Assembly: GCF_004010195.1 (NCBI RefSeq)
Contig: NC_057719.1
Coordinates: 54,533,077 to 54,556,392 of the forward strand
Origin: Chiloscyllium plagiosum
Taxonomy: Eukaryota
DNA: 23,316 nucleotides
Reading direction: 5' to 3'
Below, piece by piece: positions 1 through 11,859 of the stretch (the stretch's first letter is position 1; every line of letters begins with the position of its first letter). Position numbers and translations under genes: made by a program. A model generated the notes under the pieces. That model was not told the DNA's origin, searched no databases, and worked only from the letters and a program-made list of their open reading frames with translations.

Positions 1-860
1 TCATCTTCAATGTCTGCATGGAAGCGCATTACTGTAATAATGGGCGCTTCCTGAAAGGGAAGATTACTGCAGCCCTGGCTATTATCACTTTGTATTGAGT
101 CCGTATCAAACACTTAGCATTTCTATCAAGGTGTTGGCTGGACCCAACACCTTTGGCGGGCAGTCTACACTACTCATGTGTATTCTCTCTCCCATCTGCC
201 TTAAACTAATCAACTAGGTTGTGAGTGCATTGTGCTGGCATTCTGGTGCCCCCAAGCAGTATCTGTGTACCTCTGCCGTCTCACTCCATATTGTGGTCCG
301 GCAGCTAGCTTGTGTGTCAAGCAGCCAACTTATAGTTCAGTGGCCATCTTATGTGTCTGCGTGCCTAGTGTCACTCTGCCCCATACCATCTCCCACTTCA
401 GTATACAAAATGCTCAAAAATTTTAATTAAAATCTAGAAATACGATTGTTTCCTCCTGGGTCTGAAAACCTGATAGTAATTTGAAAAAGGATCTAATTAA
501 TCAAAATAGGGAAACTCTTGAGTTTGAAATTTGTAACTCTGCAATTTGTTAAATTGTCATTATTAAGGGTGAACCACTGTGGATGTTGGGACGACATAAT
601 AGGGAAAACTGGGGACTCAGTAGTCACCATGGAGAGGCTGACAAGAGCTCAGTGATAAGAGCTCCTTCCTCTCCTGTTCCTCTTCCCCATCAGCCTCCAA
701 ATGTGTCCTCCTAATGGCTGCTGACAAAGCCTACATCTTTGTACTAACAAGGTTGTAGATGTTACAACTGATGACCAAACGTTTGGACACTCCATTATTT
801 CGTAGTGGACAACTCTTCCCAACTGATTCAGAGAGCAAGACCATTGCTTCAGAGTGCCCA

Positions 861-1673
861 AAGTTACAAATCACACAACACCAGGTTATAGTTCAACAGG
901 TTCATTTGGAAACAATAGCCTTCAGCAGGTGGTTGTGGAGTATAAGATCATAAGACACAGAATTTATAGCAAAAGTTTACACTGAGATGTAACTGAAATT
1001 ATATATTGAAAAAGACCTGGATTGTTTGTTAAGTCTCTCCTCTTTTAGAATTAACATGTTGGTTTCAGTTCTTTCAAATGTAAATCGCAGAACCCTTTGA
1101 AAAGTTGCATTCTCAAGTGAACTTTAACAATTGGTGTCATGTCAGCCCAGATAATACATTTAAGATGTGAGCTGCCCTGTGTGAGACTGTCTGTGCCACA
1201 ATGGTCGGACTGATTCTAATCAAAAAAACAATTTACAGAATCATACATGGATTCATACAGTTTTTGAGCAAAATAAAATGTAATTCTGCAAGTATGAATT
1301 CACCCTACAAACTTATATGTATGTATGCATGTGGGTGTGCGTGGTTTGGGGGGGGGAGGGAGTGGGTTACAGGGGTATGAATGTCTCTGAGAGAGTATGT
1401 GTACGTGTGAGTGTAAAAGGGTATAAGTCTGTGAGAGGGTGCCCATGTGTGTGTGTGTGAGTGTATATGCGAGCATATGAAAGAGGGTCTTTGTGAGTAT
1501 ATGGGTCTGTAGGAGTGTGTGTCTTAGGAGTATGTGTAGGAGTGTCTGTGTATGTAGGAATGTCTGTAGGAGTGTGTGTGTGTAGGAGTGTGTGTGTGTT
1601 TAGGAGTTTGTGTGTGTATATACACGTGCATGTGTGTGTGTGTCAATAGTGCAATGGAGTCACCTGTAGTGAC
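861..1673 (-). mobile_element. Penelope-like element 3' fragment (ORF end, CA-rich 3' region, pseudo-LTR with partly deleted hammerhead)
   Basis: 861-~1260 aligns by eye with the copy at 2450-2893 (aaatcacacaacaccaggttatag...; cacagaatt(t)atagcaaaa; gatgtaactgaaattata; gttgcattctca; gattctaatc). The stem II/GAA part of the hammerhead is deleted near 919-920. On the minus strand 1660-1671 reads CAC TAC AGG TGA (H-Y-R-stop), resembling the C-terminus of fish PLE ORFs (from memory). Confidence 0.7.
1317..1643. repeat. Degenerate (GT)n / GTAGGAGT-type low-complexity tract inside the PLE fragment
   Basis: Runs of gtgtgtgt interspersed with repeated tgtaggagtgtgt units. Confidence 0.9.
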
Positions 1674-2449
1674 ACCAATTCAAGGTGACATTGGTCTTTT
1701 CCACAATGGTTGCATAGCTACAATTGTAGGTGAACTAGCTTTGCACAGTTGGTTGGTGTAAAGAAATAATGAGCCCCATCTCCAGTACATATCCCTTGTC
1801 CCTAGTAGCCAGCCTAATGATTTGTCATAATAGCCCACACACTCCAGAACAATTGCCTCAGGACACTTCAAGCATTGTAGCTGCTGTCAGGATAGTGGTC
1901 ATTTTCTAACATTGGTTTTGGTAAGGTCATGTATTGATAGAATGGGAAAACTCTCAGTTCTCATACATCTCCCTACTTATGTGCATAACAGTTCGAGCCA
2001 ATGCTTGCAGTTACGTAGCTCCCTCCATTGTGGAAATCCCACTACACAAGCAATGCCAGACATGTGTTCCACTTCTTTTTTTTTTCTGGCAGGAGAGGTA
2101 AAGGGTTGAATTTTGCATTCCCTCACAGGCAAGTTTGAAGGTATCTGTATAATCCAGCAGGTCGCCTTCCCTTCACCTGTTGATGTCCTTAATTGACAAA
2201 AGTGTCTTATTCTACATCCCCCAATGCTTTCGTAAAGGCACATAGGAGTCCCACACCATGTGATTTGCCATACAGCTTTAGTTTCTTGGCAAAGGGGAAG
2301 GAGGCTCTTATTTGCAAATTCTCTAACAACCAGAGACAACCCCCATATTCCACTTCCCCGTTTGCCCTTCAATATGATTTTTAACTATGCCTCCCTCCCG
2401 AATCATCCCCTTTGCCAACCTGACCCCGGTGGAATTCCCTTACTTAGTT

Positions 2450-2893
2450 TGATTTGGAGATGCCGGTGTTGGACTGGGGTGTACAAAGTTAAAAATCACA
2501 TAACACCAGGTTATAGTCCAACAGGTTTAATTGGAAGCACACTAGCTTTCGGAGCGATGCTCCTTCTTCAGGTGGTAGTGGAGGGCTCAATCCTAACACA
2601 CAGAATTATAGCAAAAATTTACAGTGTGATGTAACTGAAATTATACATTGAAAAATTGATTGTCTGTTAAGCCTTTCATCTGTTAGAATACAGTGATAGT
2701 TTCACTTCTTTCATGTGTAAATCACAAAACTTTTTTTAAAAAATGTTGCATTCTCAGGTTAGCTGTTAACAATGGTGGGATAGCTAGACAATATGTTGAA
2801 GATGTTGGCCTCCTGTGTTCTCTGTCTATGCCATGATGTTTAGATTGATTCTAATCTAAAAAGTGAGATAACCGAGTTTTACATAAATTCATG
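2450..2893 (-). mobile_element. Penelope-like element pseudo-LTR / 3' fragment with intact hammerhead motif
   Basis: 2450-2575 is the reverse complement of the plus-strand unit at 12824-12943 (tgatgaaggagcagc...gctagtgcttccaattaaa...cctggtgttgtgtgatttttaa...ccagtccaacacc.gcatctccaaat). It is homologous to 861-1260. CpGs are retained, so this is a comparatively young copy. Confidence 0.75.
2540..2574 (-). ncRNA. Minimal hammerhead ribozyme motif (PLE-associated type, palindromic stem III)
   Basis: The minus strand reads CAC CUGAAGA A GGAGC-AUC-GCUCC GAA AGCU A GUG: stem I CAC/GUG, core CUGANGA, one extra A, 5-bp stem II, GAA, self-complementary AGCU stem III and H17=A. Activity is not demonstrated. 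Confidence 0.8.
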
Positions 2894-2899
2894 AGTTTC

Positions 2900-3076
2900 A
2901 TGGAATGCCCTGTCAGTAGCAGTGGTGGACTCTCCCTCTTTATGGGCATTTAAACGGGCATTGGATAGGCATATGGAGGATAGTAGACTAGTGTAGGTTA
3001 GGCGGGCTTGGATCGGCGCAACATCGAGGGCCAAAGGGCCTGTACTGCACTGTATTTTTCTATGTTCTATGTTCTA
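2900..3076 (+). mobile_element. CR1-clade LINE 3' terminal fragment
   Basis: tggaatgccctg...catttaaacgggcattggataggcatatgg (end of ORF2), 3' motif gggccaaagggcctgtactgcactgta and (ttctatg)n tail. Confidence 0.85.
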
Positions 3077-5032
3077 TTACCACATAAAATACAGCTCAAT
3101 TAAATACATATTCCTGGCATAAGAAATTCTAAAAAAATACAGAAATGGATGGCAAAATGCGATACCTTGGTTATGTCATCTGCTCTCGATTTGAATGAGC
3201 TGAATCCTTAAAATCAGAGTGATCATCACCTTGAAGGTAACACCACCCTTTCCTTCCTCTGTGCTGAATGTTCAAGTGGTTAGCGCAGATCAGTGATCAC
3301 CTACTTAGTAAACCACTGTTGCCTTACACATTGATCTTGGCTGAGATAGAGGTCATGGACGTGCCTTCTGAATACCTTTGGAGAGGGCCTTCTGTTGAGA
3401 TCCTTCTTTCCATGTGCACTACTTACTCCTTTTTCTGAAAGTGCTCCTTTTCATGATAATGTTGGAAACTATGAGGGACTGCAACATAACTCCCCAGTAA
3501 TTTGAAAATGTTTTCTTTTGACAGAGCAATTACTCTGACGTCCTGGTCAAGATACACTGACCTTTCAAAACCCAACAAATTACAAAACTTCCCAAGGAAT
3601 ACAATACGTGCAGAAACTTTGCAATTGCAAATGCACATTAAAACTCACCTGCAAGTTAGATAGCTATTGCTTTAAATAACAGTTGTGATGCATGATGCTT
3701 GGGAACTTTCAGGAGTTGAAAGCAGGTTCAATTGGAAGTGATTTGTGCTTCTTTTAGCTGTACTATTGGGCAGGCAGCTGGATCACCATCATTGGAAACT
3801 CAATGAGAATTCCCAAAAGCATTTGGATATCTTTGTACTGTCGGAACTGAGGCAGAAATTAAATACTGAAGGCAGCTAAGGGTTGGAATTAAGTCTCCAG
3901 AAAATCTGGAGGTCGGGAGATTTTAAGTCATATGCAATTTATCAGTCAGTACAGCCGAGAATGGAGTTGAAATGTTCAAATGCAGTATTTGCTTGATGTA
4001 ACTGAGCAAGATTAGAGCTCATTGAAAAACCCAGGGGTAGTATTAATTTTATGAAGCGAGCAGTGGGTGAAAAGCTGGAGTGGTTTCTGGAGTCCAAGGA
4101 ACCCAGGAAAGGAAGGTGATCAACCAGAATAGGAGTAATCATTGAGACCATCCATAATGGGAGACAGCTTCAAGGCTAGATCAATGAAAGAAAATAATTG
4201 TAATCCCTTGTGAAATTTAATGAGATTTGCTCATCCAATGTGTCATTAACCTCTGGGGAAATTGCTGACATATCCATGGGATCTGTTTTGGTCACACTTG
4301 CTTTTTGATGTGTGCTGTACAGTAGTCAATCACAGTCTACTGTGCATATTTGCCATACATTAATTCTCAGTGGTAAAAATAGTCATCGAATTTATTGTAA
4401 ATTCTATTACTGTTCTAACATTGTATCGTAGAGGTTATTGTTGTTTGAGCAAAACCATGGAATATAGAAGTGTAATCAATCTCTCATATTAAGAGATTCA
4501 AATTCAAATTAGCAGTCTGTTCCAAGCTCGTAGTAAAATTTATGATCTTTCATATATTTCAATGTTAATTCTGTTAGGAAGGTGCAAATACTGAGGGTCT
4601 GAAGGAGTAGGAAAGGTCAGGTAGTAGATTTATACTTACCACATTAAGCTGCACATATGCAGTCACTAAAAACGTCCATTGAATTTACACAATAATGGTG
4701 AACACTGAAATTGTTGTTCCTATTTCAGTTTCAAATTGTGGCCCTGTCATAGATTAAAAGCTATAGGCCGAAGGTTTAAAGATGTTAAAATCAAGGGGAA
4801 GGAAAACAGCGTTTTGGTGATACTAACCTACCTACAAGCTCAGCATTCAATAATGGAGTTTTATGCAGATTAACAATGACACATGGCGTAGATTCTGAAA
4901 TGATTTCAGATGTTGTTGACTTGCTTTTTTAATAGAAACATGAAGAAGTCAGTTCAAAAGCAGTTGTATATGTGAGAAATGAAGGTCACTCACTTCAATA
5001 ATTTCAGTCCGAGACAAGATGTGAATCAGTAG

Positions 5033-5574
5033 TGTCATTTATTTCGCTCTTGCAAGAGGGGTGTTGTGTCCATTGTCCACAAGGCAGGGACACACATACA
5101 CTGAATTCAACTAGTACACAATATTTATGTAATCTGGTTCTTATTCTTTCATCCCATTGCTTCTCCCCTGTTTACATCTCCCACCTCTCCAAGACCGGCA
5201 CCTATTACTCTTGTTCGTCTCTTGCCTTATCTGGCCTTGTCTGTGACAAAATGCTTATTTCTGGCCTCACAAGGCCGTTTGGCCACATCCCGCCGTGGTC
5301 CATTGTTAGGTATATCCTCCTTCATTACCATCTGTTTCCCTCACTTGTTATGACCTTATGACCTCATGACTTCTTGATTGTGGTATGTTCTTGTTTTTGC
5401 AGAAGGGGAAATAGATGCTTATAACTACTGTTTGTACAGGCATATCTGGCTTAACCCCCACCCCTCACAGCACCTTATCTATTTGTCTGTAACATCTACC
5501 ATTGTTTGCAGGCTCATTTCATTCTTGCATGCACATTTTAGCTAATACAAAAACAATTATGTATTTCCTTCACA
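5033..5574 (-). mobile_element. Candidate solo LTR (ERV / LTR retrotransposon)
   Basis: ~540 bp strand-skewed block. On the minus strand it starts TGTGAAGG and ends ...AATAAATGACA, and it contains short tandem enhancer-like repeats (5348-5372). There is no clean TSD (only TAGT overlapping the left terminus) and no second copy in the window. Confidence 0.35.
5351..5372 (-). promoter_or_regulatory. DR2 nuclear-receptor response element-like motif
   Basis: The minus strand reads AAGTCA TG AGGTCA TA AGGTCA: two perfect AGGTCA half-sites spaced by 2 nt plus a third near half-site. Function is unknown. Confidence 0.45.
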
Positions 5575-8500
5575 TAGTTTTCATTCTTATTGACTCAGCT
5601 CTTGGCTGAAACAATTATACACTGGTGTGAGTTCATTTACCTTGCATAAATAATTATGATTGCAGAAGTAACACTACTTTACCTATATCCCATATATATT
5701 ACCTGTCCTGTGAAATGTTCTTAAAGCAAATCTTTCACCCTGGTAAAAATGTTCGGCAGTGTGTGTGAAAGTGAATATCACTTTTTCTCAGTGTGGGAGC
5801 AGAGGCATGAGCAGTGGGGCAACAGTTTTTCTTGCAAAATTAGCAGAATGAATCTTGTATGTAGGAAGTTGGCATTTCCACCTTCGAGCATCAAAGGTCC
5901 TGAAAAATGTATTTAAAAGGCACCTTTTAAAAAGTTTGCATTGATTCCCTGCAGGTCAGGAGTTTCACTCAGGCTCTCAGAGCATGTAACTGCAGCTCAA
6001 CATTCTGATGCTTTTATCCTTCTCTGATCAGTCCGCCTCTCTTCCCTGGTAGACTTCCTTGGGAAATCTTTTTTTGACCTGTCCACATTACTCTCCAGTC
6101 TCTTCTGTTGGACATCCTCCATGCCCTGTGCAATTTAAATCATTTTCACCAGATATCAATCATATCTTGGCATGGACAAAAACTTCCCAAATGGAATTAA
6201 TAAGGAGCTACTCACTCCAAAGTTCAGGAAGATACCTGCTTTGTCTGTTGAATGCTACTTCTATGCAGTTGTCAATCTGACAGTACATATTTTTAGCTTG
6301 TGTAGAATCTAACTGAGAAGGGAAGCTTCATTCTGGTGAGTTGACCTTTTAATGACATGGATATGCATGCCATAGGGCTTCCTGATGCTTGGCATTAGCA
6401 ATCTCAATCTTAATTTACAGTTCCAAAAATATAATTGCAAATTTCCATTTTGCCATCGGGAATCTGATTTTTCTGGATTCTCTCCCACTTATGTTCCCCG
6501 GCCTGTCTTTCTTCCCATTCCTGTGAGCAATACAAATTTTTACCACATTCTTCATAAAATGTTGCTTCAATATATGATTGGGAATTCTTTGTGCTGGTTC
6601 TAAGATAAAAACATAAGCTTGTTTGATATTCTTATCTCTTCTGCTATAAAGATTTGCACTTGGCTCAGGGACTTTTGGTGTTTTGTGCTGAAAGTTCTTA
6701 TTCTACTTGATTTATAGTTGGTCCTCCAGCTCCCGGTACCTGAGAAACTTAAAAAGACTCTTGCAGTGATAATTACTGATATATAGTCTGACTAAAATGA
6801 GTCTTTATATGGTTGACTCTTAAACGTCCTGTGAAAGCTTATAAACTACTGAGCTGCATCAAGCCAAATATTGATTGTGTGCCATTGGGAGAACTAACCA
6901 GAAAATTTTGCACTACTTTTGTCATCATGTACAATATCACAATGATGTATTGCAATGGGATTTTTTTATATTTGCAAGCCAACTGAAAAGAACTCAGAAC
7001 ATCAAGAGAAATGGAGTAATCGCAGGAAAGTGGTGCTCAATTCAAAGATCAGAGATATTTCAGGATAGCCATATGGCCCCTTGATCTTGTTCAATTTCTG
7101 CAGTTCCCATTTCTTCTGTTCTTTTTTAGCTCAGGTGTTGATAATGACATACAAATTCATACAGTCATAATGCGTCTTATGTTTACAAATGCTGACTATC
7201 CTGCTATGTATTCCTAGTTCTTTTTGTTTGGGTTTCACCCTCTTGTACTGATTGCTTTTCCCTTTATCAGCAGAAATTTGTTTTCTCTGTCCACTGCTGA
7301 TGGGCAATACAAATCATATTTGCACTCCCCTATCAAAATTTAGGTTTTGGGGTGATCTTATCGCTTGGAATATGTATGAGAATGATCAAATTTATTCCAC
7401 TTCACTGTTGCAAAACCCATGGGTGGAAACAGCTATTATCTCTAACTAGCAATTTAGATAAAACTATTTGAATGCATTTTCTGCATACATTTCCTATACC
7501 TTCTGAGCAGTACATACTTCATGGAAATGAGAGCAGAGATAAGAAAAGCAGCTGTATTAAGATGTATATCCATGAACTAAACTCTGCAACCTTTCATGTT
7601 GGTGTACCAGTGTTCCATTTGGAGTGCTCTTCAGTTGAAGGCTGTTAATGATCAAATAGCATATTTTCATAGAACTTTTACTGTGATCTTCTAGAATTGT
7701 AACTTTGAATGTACATTAAGTAAAATAAAACAAGATATGACTGATTCTATTTAAATCAAGTATTAGTAAACTGATTGTGTATTATAAGGATGGAAACTGC
7801 TGTTATTTTAAATTAGCAAATGCTTAATATGTTTATGCCATCTGTCTGAGTACTATGTTAATAAAAAAATGAATCTATTTATGTTTTCTGATAAAATAGC
7901 AGTCAGAGGAATGTCATTCAGATTTCCCTCCCATTGATAATTTATATTTGCCTGTTGTATGCAATTTTTATGTGCTTACGATCAACAAAGGGAAAATACT
8001 TTGATTCAGAATTTCCAATTTTTTTATAGCTATGATCCATAACAAATGAATCAAGAGCAAATATACTGAAGACAAACTTTCAATGAAGTAGAGAAGTTCG
8101 GAAGATATTGCAAAATCTGCAGTTTACTTCTTAAATTTTTAATGAAATAATCAAATAAGACTTATAGATCTTTACATGTGCTGAAGATTCAGTCTTTTAA
8201 AGGGACAGAACTTGCACTAAATTTATTTTCCAGAACTGTTAGATCTATAGTAGTGGGAATTATCTCTTTTTGTGTCTTTGTGCTGTCAGTTCAACTGCAT
8301 TGGGTGTGGCAAGATATTCTTCATGCAAAAAATTCACTTCAGATGGTTGAAGAGTTTACTCCCTATTAATAGGCCTCTGGGAAAATTCCAAATTGTCTTT
8401 TATACTGTGATAGGCCTCCTTCTAACAAAGGTACTTCGGTTGTTTTTCAACAAATTGGAAGATCTTGATATATTATGAAACAGAAGATCATTGGAAATGA

Positions 8501-8579
8501 AAAGACCCTGATAAAGCAATAGATCTTAGTTTGAGATAGTTCCTATTGATACATTTTCAAATATCAGCAGCACCATCAT

Positions 8580-8622
8580 GATTGTATTAACTGGACCAAT
8601 TATTGTTCCAGTTAACACAATC
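8580..8622. repeat. 43-bp near-perfect palindrome
   Basis: gattgtattaactggaccaat-t-attgttccagttaacacaatc: 21-bp arms with 2 mismatches. Confidence 0.85.
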
Positions 8623-9123
8623 TGGGAAGCTTTGGGTAGATTCATTGCTACAGATCCTCCCTTATTGGAATTAGTATAAGTTACTGATGCTATGTTAGGA
8701 AAAGGTGCCCTCACATTCGTTGGCAAAAGAAAGAGAATGTCAGTCTTGATCAACAAAATAATAGTGTTATTACATCATAGTTAATAGGTCTTACCGTAAA
8801 TCGAGATACATGAGAGTCCTTTGTAAGACCTCAGCTATGCATAAAGGTTAAGCACACGTTGCTGCTGTTGAAATATTCTGGTACACAACATAGAGACAAC
8901 TGAAATATACACTGGTTGGCCCCAGCCAAGAACTGTTTATATTCTGGTCGGTGGACCTTATCTCATGAGGTACAAGCTGCTTTACACAACATTTATCAAC
9001 CATGTCAACAATGTCATTGTTCATTCCTTGTGATGAATCAAGATTAAATACAAGATCTCAGATTCTCAACAGCTGATGGAATTAAATTTATTTTTGGACC
9101 TCTAAGTCAAAAGTTGTGGGTGA

Positions 9124-9444
9124 GGGCAGCATGGTGGCTCAGTGGTTAGCATTGCTACCTCACAGCGCCAGGAACCCAGGTTCAATTCCCACCTCGGGCA
9201 ACTGTCTGTGTGAAGTTTGCTCATTCTCCCCGTGTCTGGGTGGGTTTGCTCCGGTTTCCTCCCACAATCCAAAGATGTGCAGGTTAGGTGAATTGGCCAT
9301 GCTAAATTGCCCGTAGTGTTAGGTGGATTAGTCAGGGGTAAATTTAGGGGAATGGGTCTGGGTGTGCTACTCTTTGGAGGGTCGGTGTGGACTTGTGGGC
9401 CGAAAGGCCTGTTTCCACACTGTAGGGAATCTAATCTAATCTAA
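9124..9444 (+). mobile_element. HE1-type tRNA-derived V-SINE, near full length
   Basis: A box tggctcagtgg (9135-9145), B box ggttcaattccc (9179-9190), V-domain (ttctccccgtgtctg...gctccggtttcctcccaca.tccaaagatgtgcaggttagg), CR1-like 3' end gggccgaaaggcctgtttccacactgta and (aatct)n tail. Confidence 0.9.
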
Positions 9445-9912
9445 AGGAGAAACCTCGGACTGTACTTGTACATGTGTTTTCTTCTGGAGACCCTGAAGAA
9501 TGGAATGTGGTTGAATTGTGATTATTTAGCAATCATAAATACTTAGGTCTTCTCCAAAGGTCACATGTGCAGATTGGTATTCAACTGATATTATTTTTCA
9601 GAAGAGTCAAGTAAAATGAAAATAAAACTAGAATGAAGCAAATTATTTGTAGAACTTGAAAGATCTTGAAATGTTGGTGAAATACATTCCCATCCATTCA
9701 AGACCATCATTTTATAGTGCTCAAGTAGCAGAAAAGTTACCATGTCTACAGGTTTGACTTATCTATTTCTTTCAATTCCTGGCCTGAACAGTTTGATAGC
9801 TTTTTCCTTGATGTTCCCAGCTCAAACGCACCCTTCAGGGTTCTAACCAAGTGTTCTGATCTGGAACTTCCAAATTAAAGCCCTGATACTTAGCTAACCT
9901 ATTACCTAACTC

Positions 9913-10340
9913 GTAGAGTCATAGAGAAGTACAGCACGAAAACAGACCCTTCCTTCCAACTCGTCTATGCCGACCAGATATCCCAACTTAATCTAGTCCC
10001 ATTTGCCAGCACTTGACTGATATCACACTAAACCCTTCCTATTCATAATACCCATCCAGTTGCTTTCTAAATGTTGCAATTGTACCAGTTCCACTACTCT
10101 GGTAGTTCACTCCATACAAACACAACCCTCTGAATGAAAAAGTTGCCCCTTAGGTCCCTTTTATATCTTTCCCCTGTCACCCTAAACCTATGCCCTCTAG
10201 TTCTGAATGGCCCCAGTCCAGGGAAAAGACTTCCTCTATTTATCCTGTCCATGACTCTCACGATTTTAAAAACCTCTATAAGGTCACCCCTTAGCCTTCA
10301 ACATTCCAGGGAAATCAGCTCCAGATCTATCTCCTTTCTT
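9913..10340 (-). mobile_element. CR1 LINE 3' fragment
   Basis: Begins agagtcatagagaagtacagcac like the 3' end at 18655 and is colinear with 18655-19070. Confidence 0.9.
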
Positions 10341-10834
10341 TAAGTGAAATGGTGTTCTTCCATCAAGCTCCATTCAGGCCTTCTGTAAAGTGTGATGTAA
10401 AGCTTTCCGAGCTGTGAGAAATTCTCCTAACTAATTCCTGATTTTTCTAAACTGAAAACAAACTAATTTTTAAAATTAGCTCTTGTTTAATGTTTTTTGA
10501 TGTTCTCTCACAATGCAAACAGATTTTCAATATCTCTCCAGGACTTGCTATCTTACATACTGATTTCAAATGAATTATGGCTCCTGAGAAATTGACAAGG
10601 TAATTGGTGAATGCTGTACAAACACAGTTCAAAACCCACATGCTGCTAGTTCAAAATCCAAACCCTAAAATAAATGATATTAATAAATATAACTCACTCT
10701 TTGAAAATGCAGGTTACGAGATACATTCCCATTCATCATTGGGGGAAGTTATCTTTAAGAGGTATTATCATTCCCATCAAAGAAAACTATTTCTTTGTCA
10801 TATTTGTGAAAGTAATATATTGATATTAAACATA

Positions 10835-11859
10835 CAAGATCTCATGGAATACAGGGAGAACTAGCCATTTGGATATAGAACTGGCTCAAAGGTAGAAGAC
10901 AGAGGGTGGTGGTACAGGGTTGTTTTTCAGACTGGAGGCCTGTGACCAGTGGAGTGCCACAAGGATCAGTGTTGGGTCCTCTACTTTTTGTCATTTATAT
11001 AAATGATTTGGATTCGAACATAAGGGGTACAGTTAGTAAGTTTGCAGATGACACCAAAATTGGAGGTGTAGTGGACAGTGAAGAGGGATACCTCAGATTA
11101 CAACAGGATCTTGACCAGATGGGCCAATGGGCTGAGAAGTGGCAGATGGAGTTTAATTCAGATAAATGTGAGGTGCTGCATTTTGGGAAAACAAATCTTA
11201 GCAGGACATATACACATAATGGTAAGGTCCCAGGGAGTGTTGCTGAACAAAGAGACCTTGGAGTGCAGGTTCATAGCTCCTTAAAAGTGGAGTCGCAGGT
11301 AGATAGGACAGTCAAGAAGGCGTTTGGTATGCTTTCCTTTATTGGTCAGAGTATTGAGTACATGAGTTGGGAGGTCATGTTGCGGCTGTACAGGACATTA
11401 GTTAGGCCACTGTTGGAATATTGTGTGCAATTCTGGTCTCCTTCCTAACGGAAAGATGTTGTGAAACTTGAAAATGTTCAGTGAAGATTTACAAGGATGT
11501 TGCCAGGGCTGGAGGTTCTGAGCTACAGGGAGAGGCTGAACAGGCTGGGGCTGTTTTCCCTGGAGTGTCGGAGGCTGAAGGGTGACCTTATAGAGGTTTA
11601 TAAAATTATGAGCGGCATGGATAGGATAAATAGACAAAGTATTTTCCTTGGGGTGGGGGAGTCCAGAACTGGAGGGCATAGGTTTAGGGTGATAGGAATG
11701 ATATAAAAGAGACCTAAGGGGCAACATTTTCACCCAGAGGGTGGTACATGTATGGAATGAGTTGCCAGAGGATGTGACACAGAGGATGTTGCTGGTACAC
11801 TTGCAACATTTAAGAGGCATTTGGATGGGTATATGAATAGGAGGGGTTTGGAGGGATAT
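10835..11859 (+). pseudogene. 5'-truncated CR1 LINE ORF2 (reverse transcriptase C-terminal half), inactivated
   Basis: ORF 10906-11448 has GVPQGSVLGPLLFVIYINDL, KFADDTK and WQMEFNSDKCEVLHFG. In-frame stops occur at 11446 and 11482. The frame resumes as ORF 11497-11706 (YRERLNRLGLFSLE). Confidence 0.93.

Noticed and set aside
631..674. Imperfect hairpin ggagagg...gagctc...gagctc...cctctcc
   Set aside because: Short interrupted stems in purine/pyrimidine-biased sequence, plausible by chance.
3421..3652. Possible minus-strand exon (donor GTAAGT at 3426-3421, open frame SVYLDQDVRVIALSKENIF...)
   Set aside because: The acceptor is weak, the peptide is not recognisable, and no partner exons were found.
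4316..4346. Small hairpin containing acagtagtc (miR-199-3p-like start)
   Set aside because: The match ends after 9 nt, no 5p arm is present, and the stem is only ~10 bp.
6808..7235. Two very short repeat-like remnants (tggttgactcttaa at ~6810; atgctgactatcctgct at ~7190)
   Set aside because: Too short and diverged to assign or delimit.
8790..8900. Minus-strand tttcag...gtaag exon-like interval
   Set aside because: Stop codons in all three frames.
9131..9195. tRNA-like A/B boxes
   Set aside because: This is the head of the HE1 SINE, not a tRNA gene.
10530..10605. Plus-strand ctctccag...aag/gtaatt exon-like interval
   Set aside because: Stops in all frames. Only a speculative MAPEKLT start remains, with no support.
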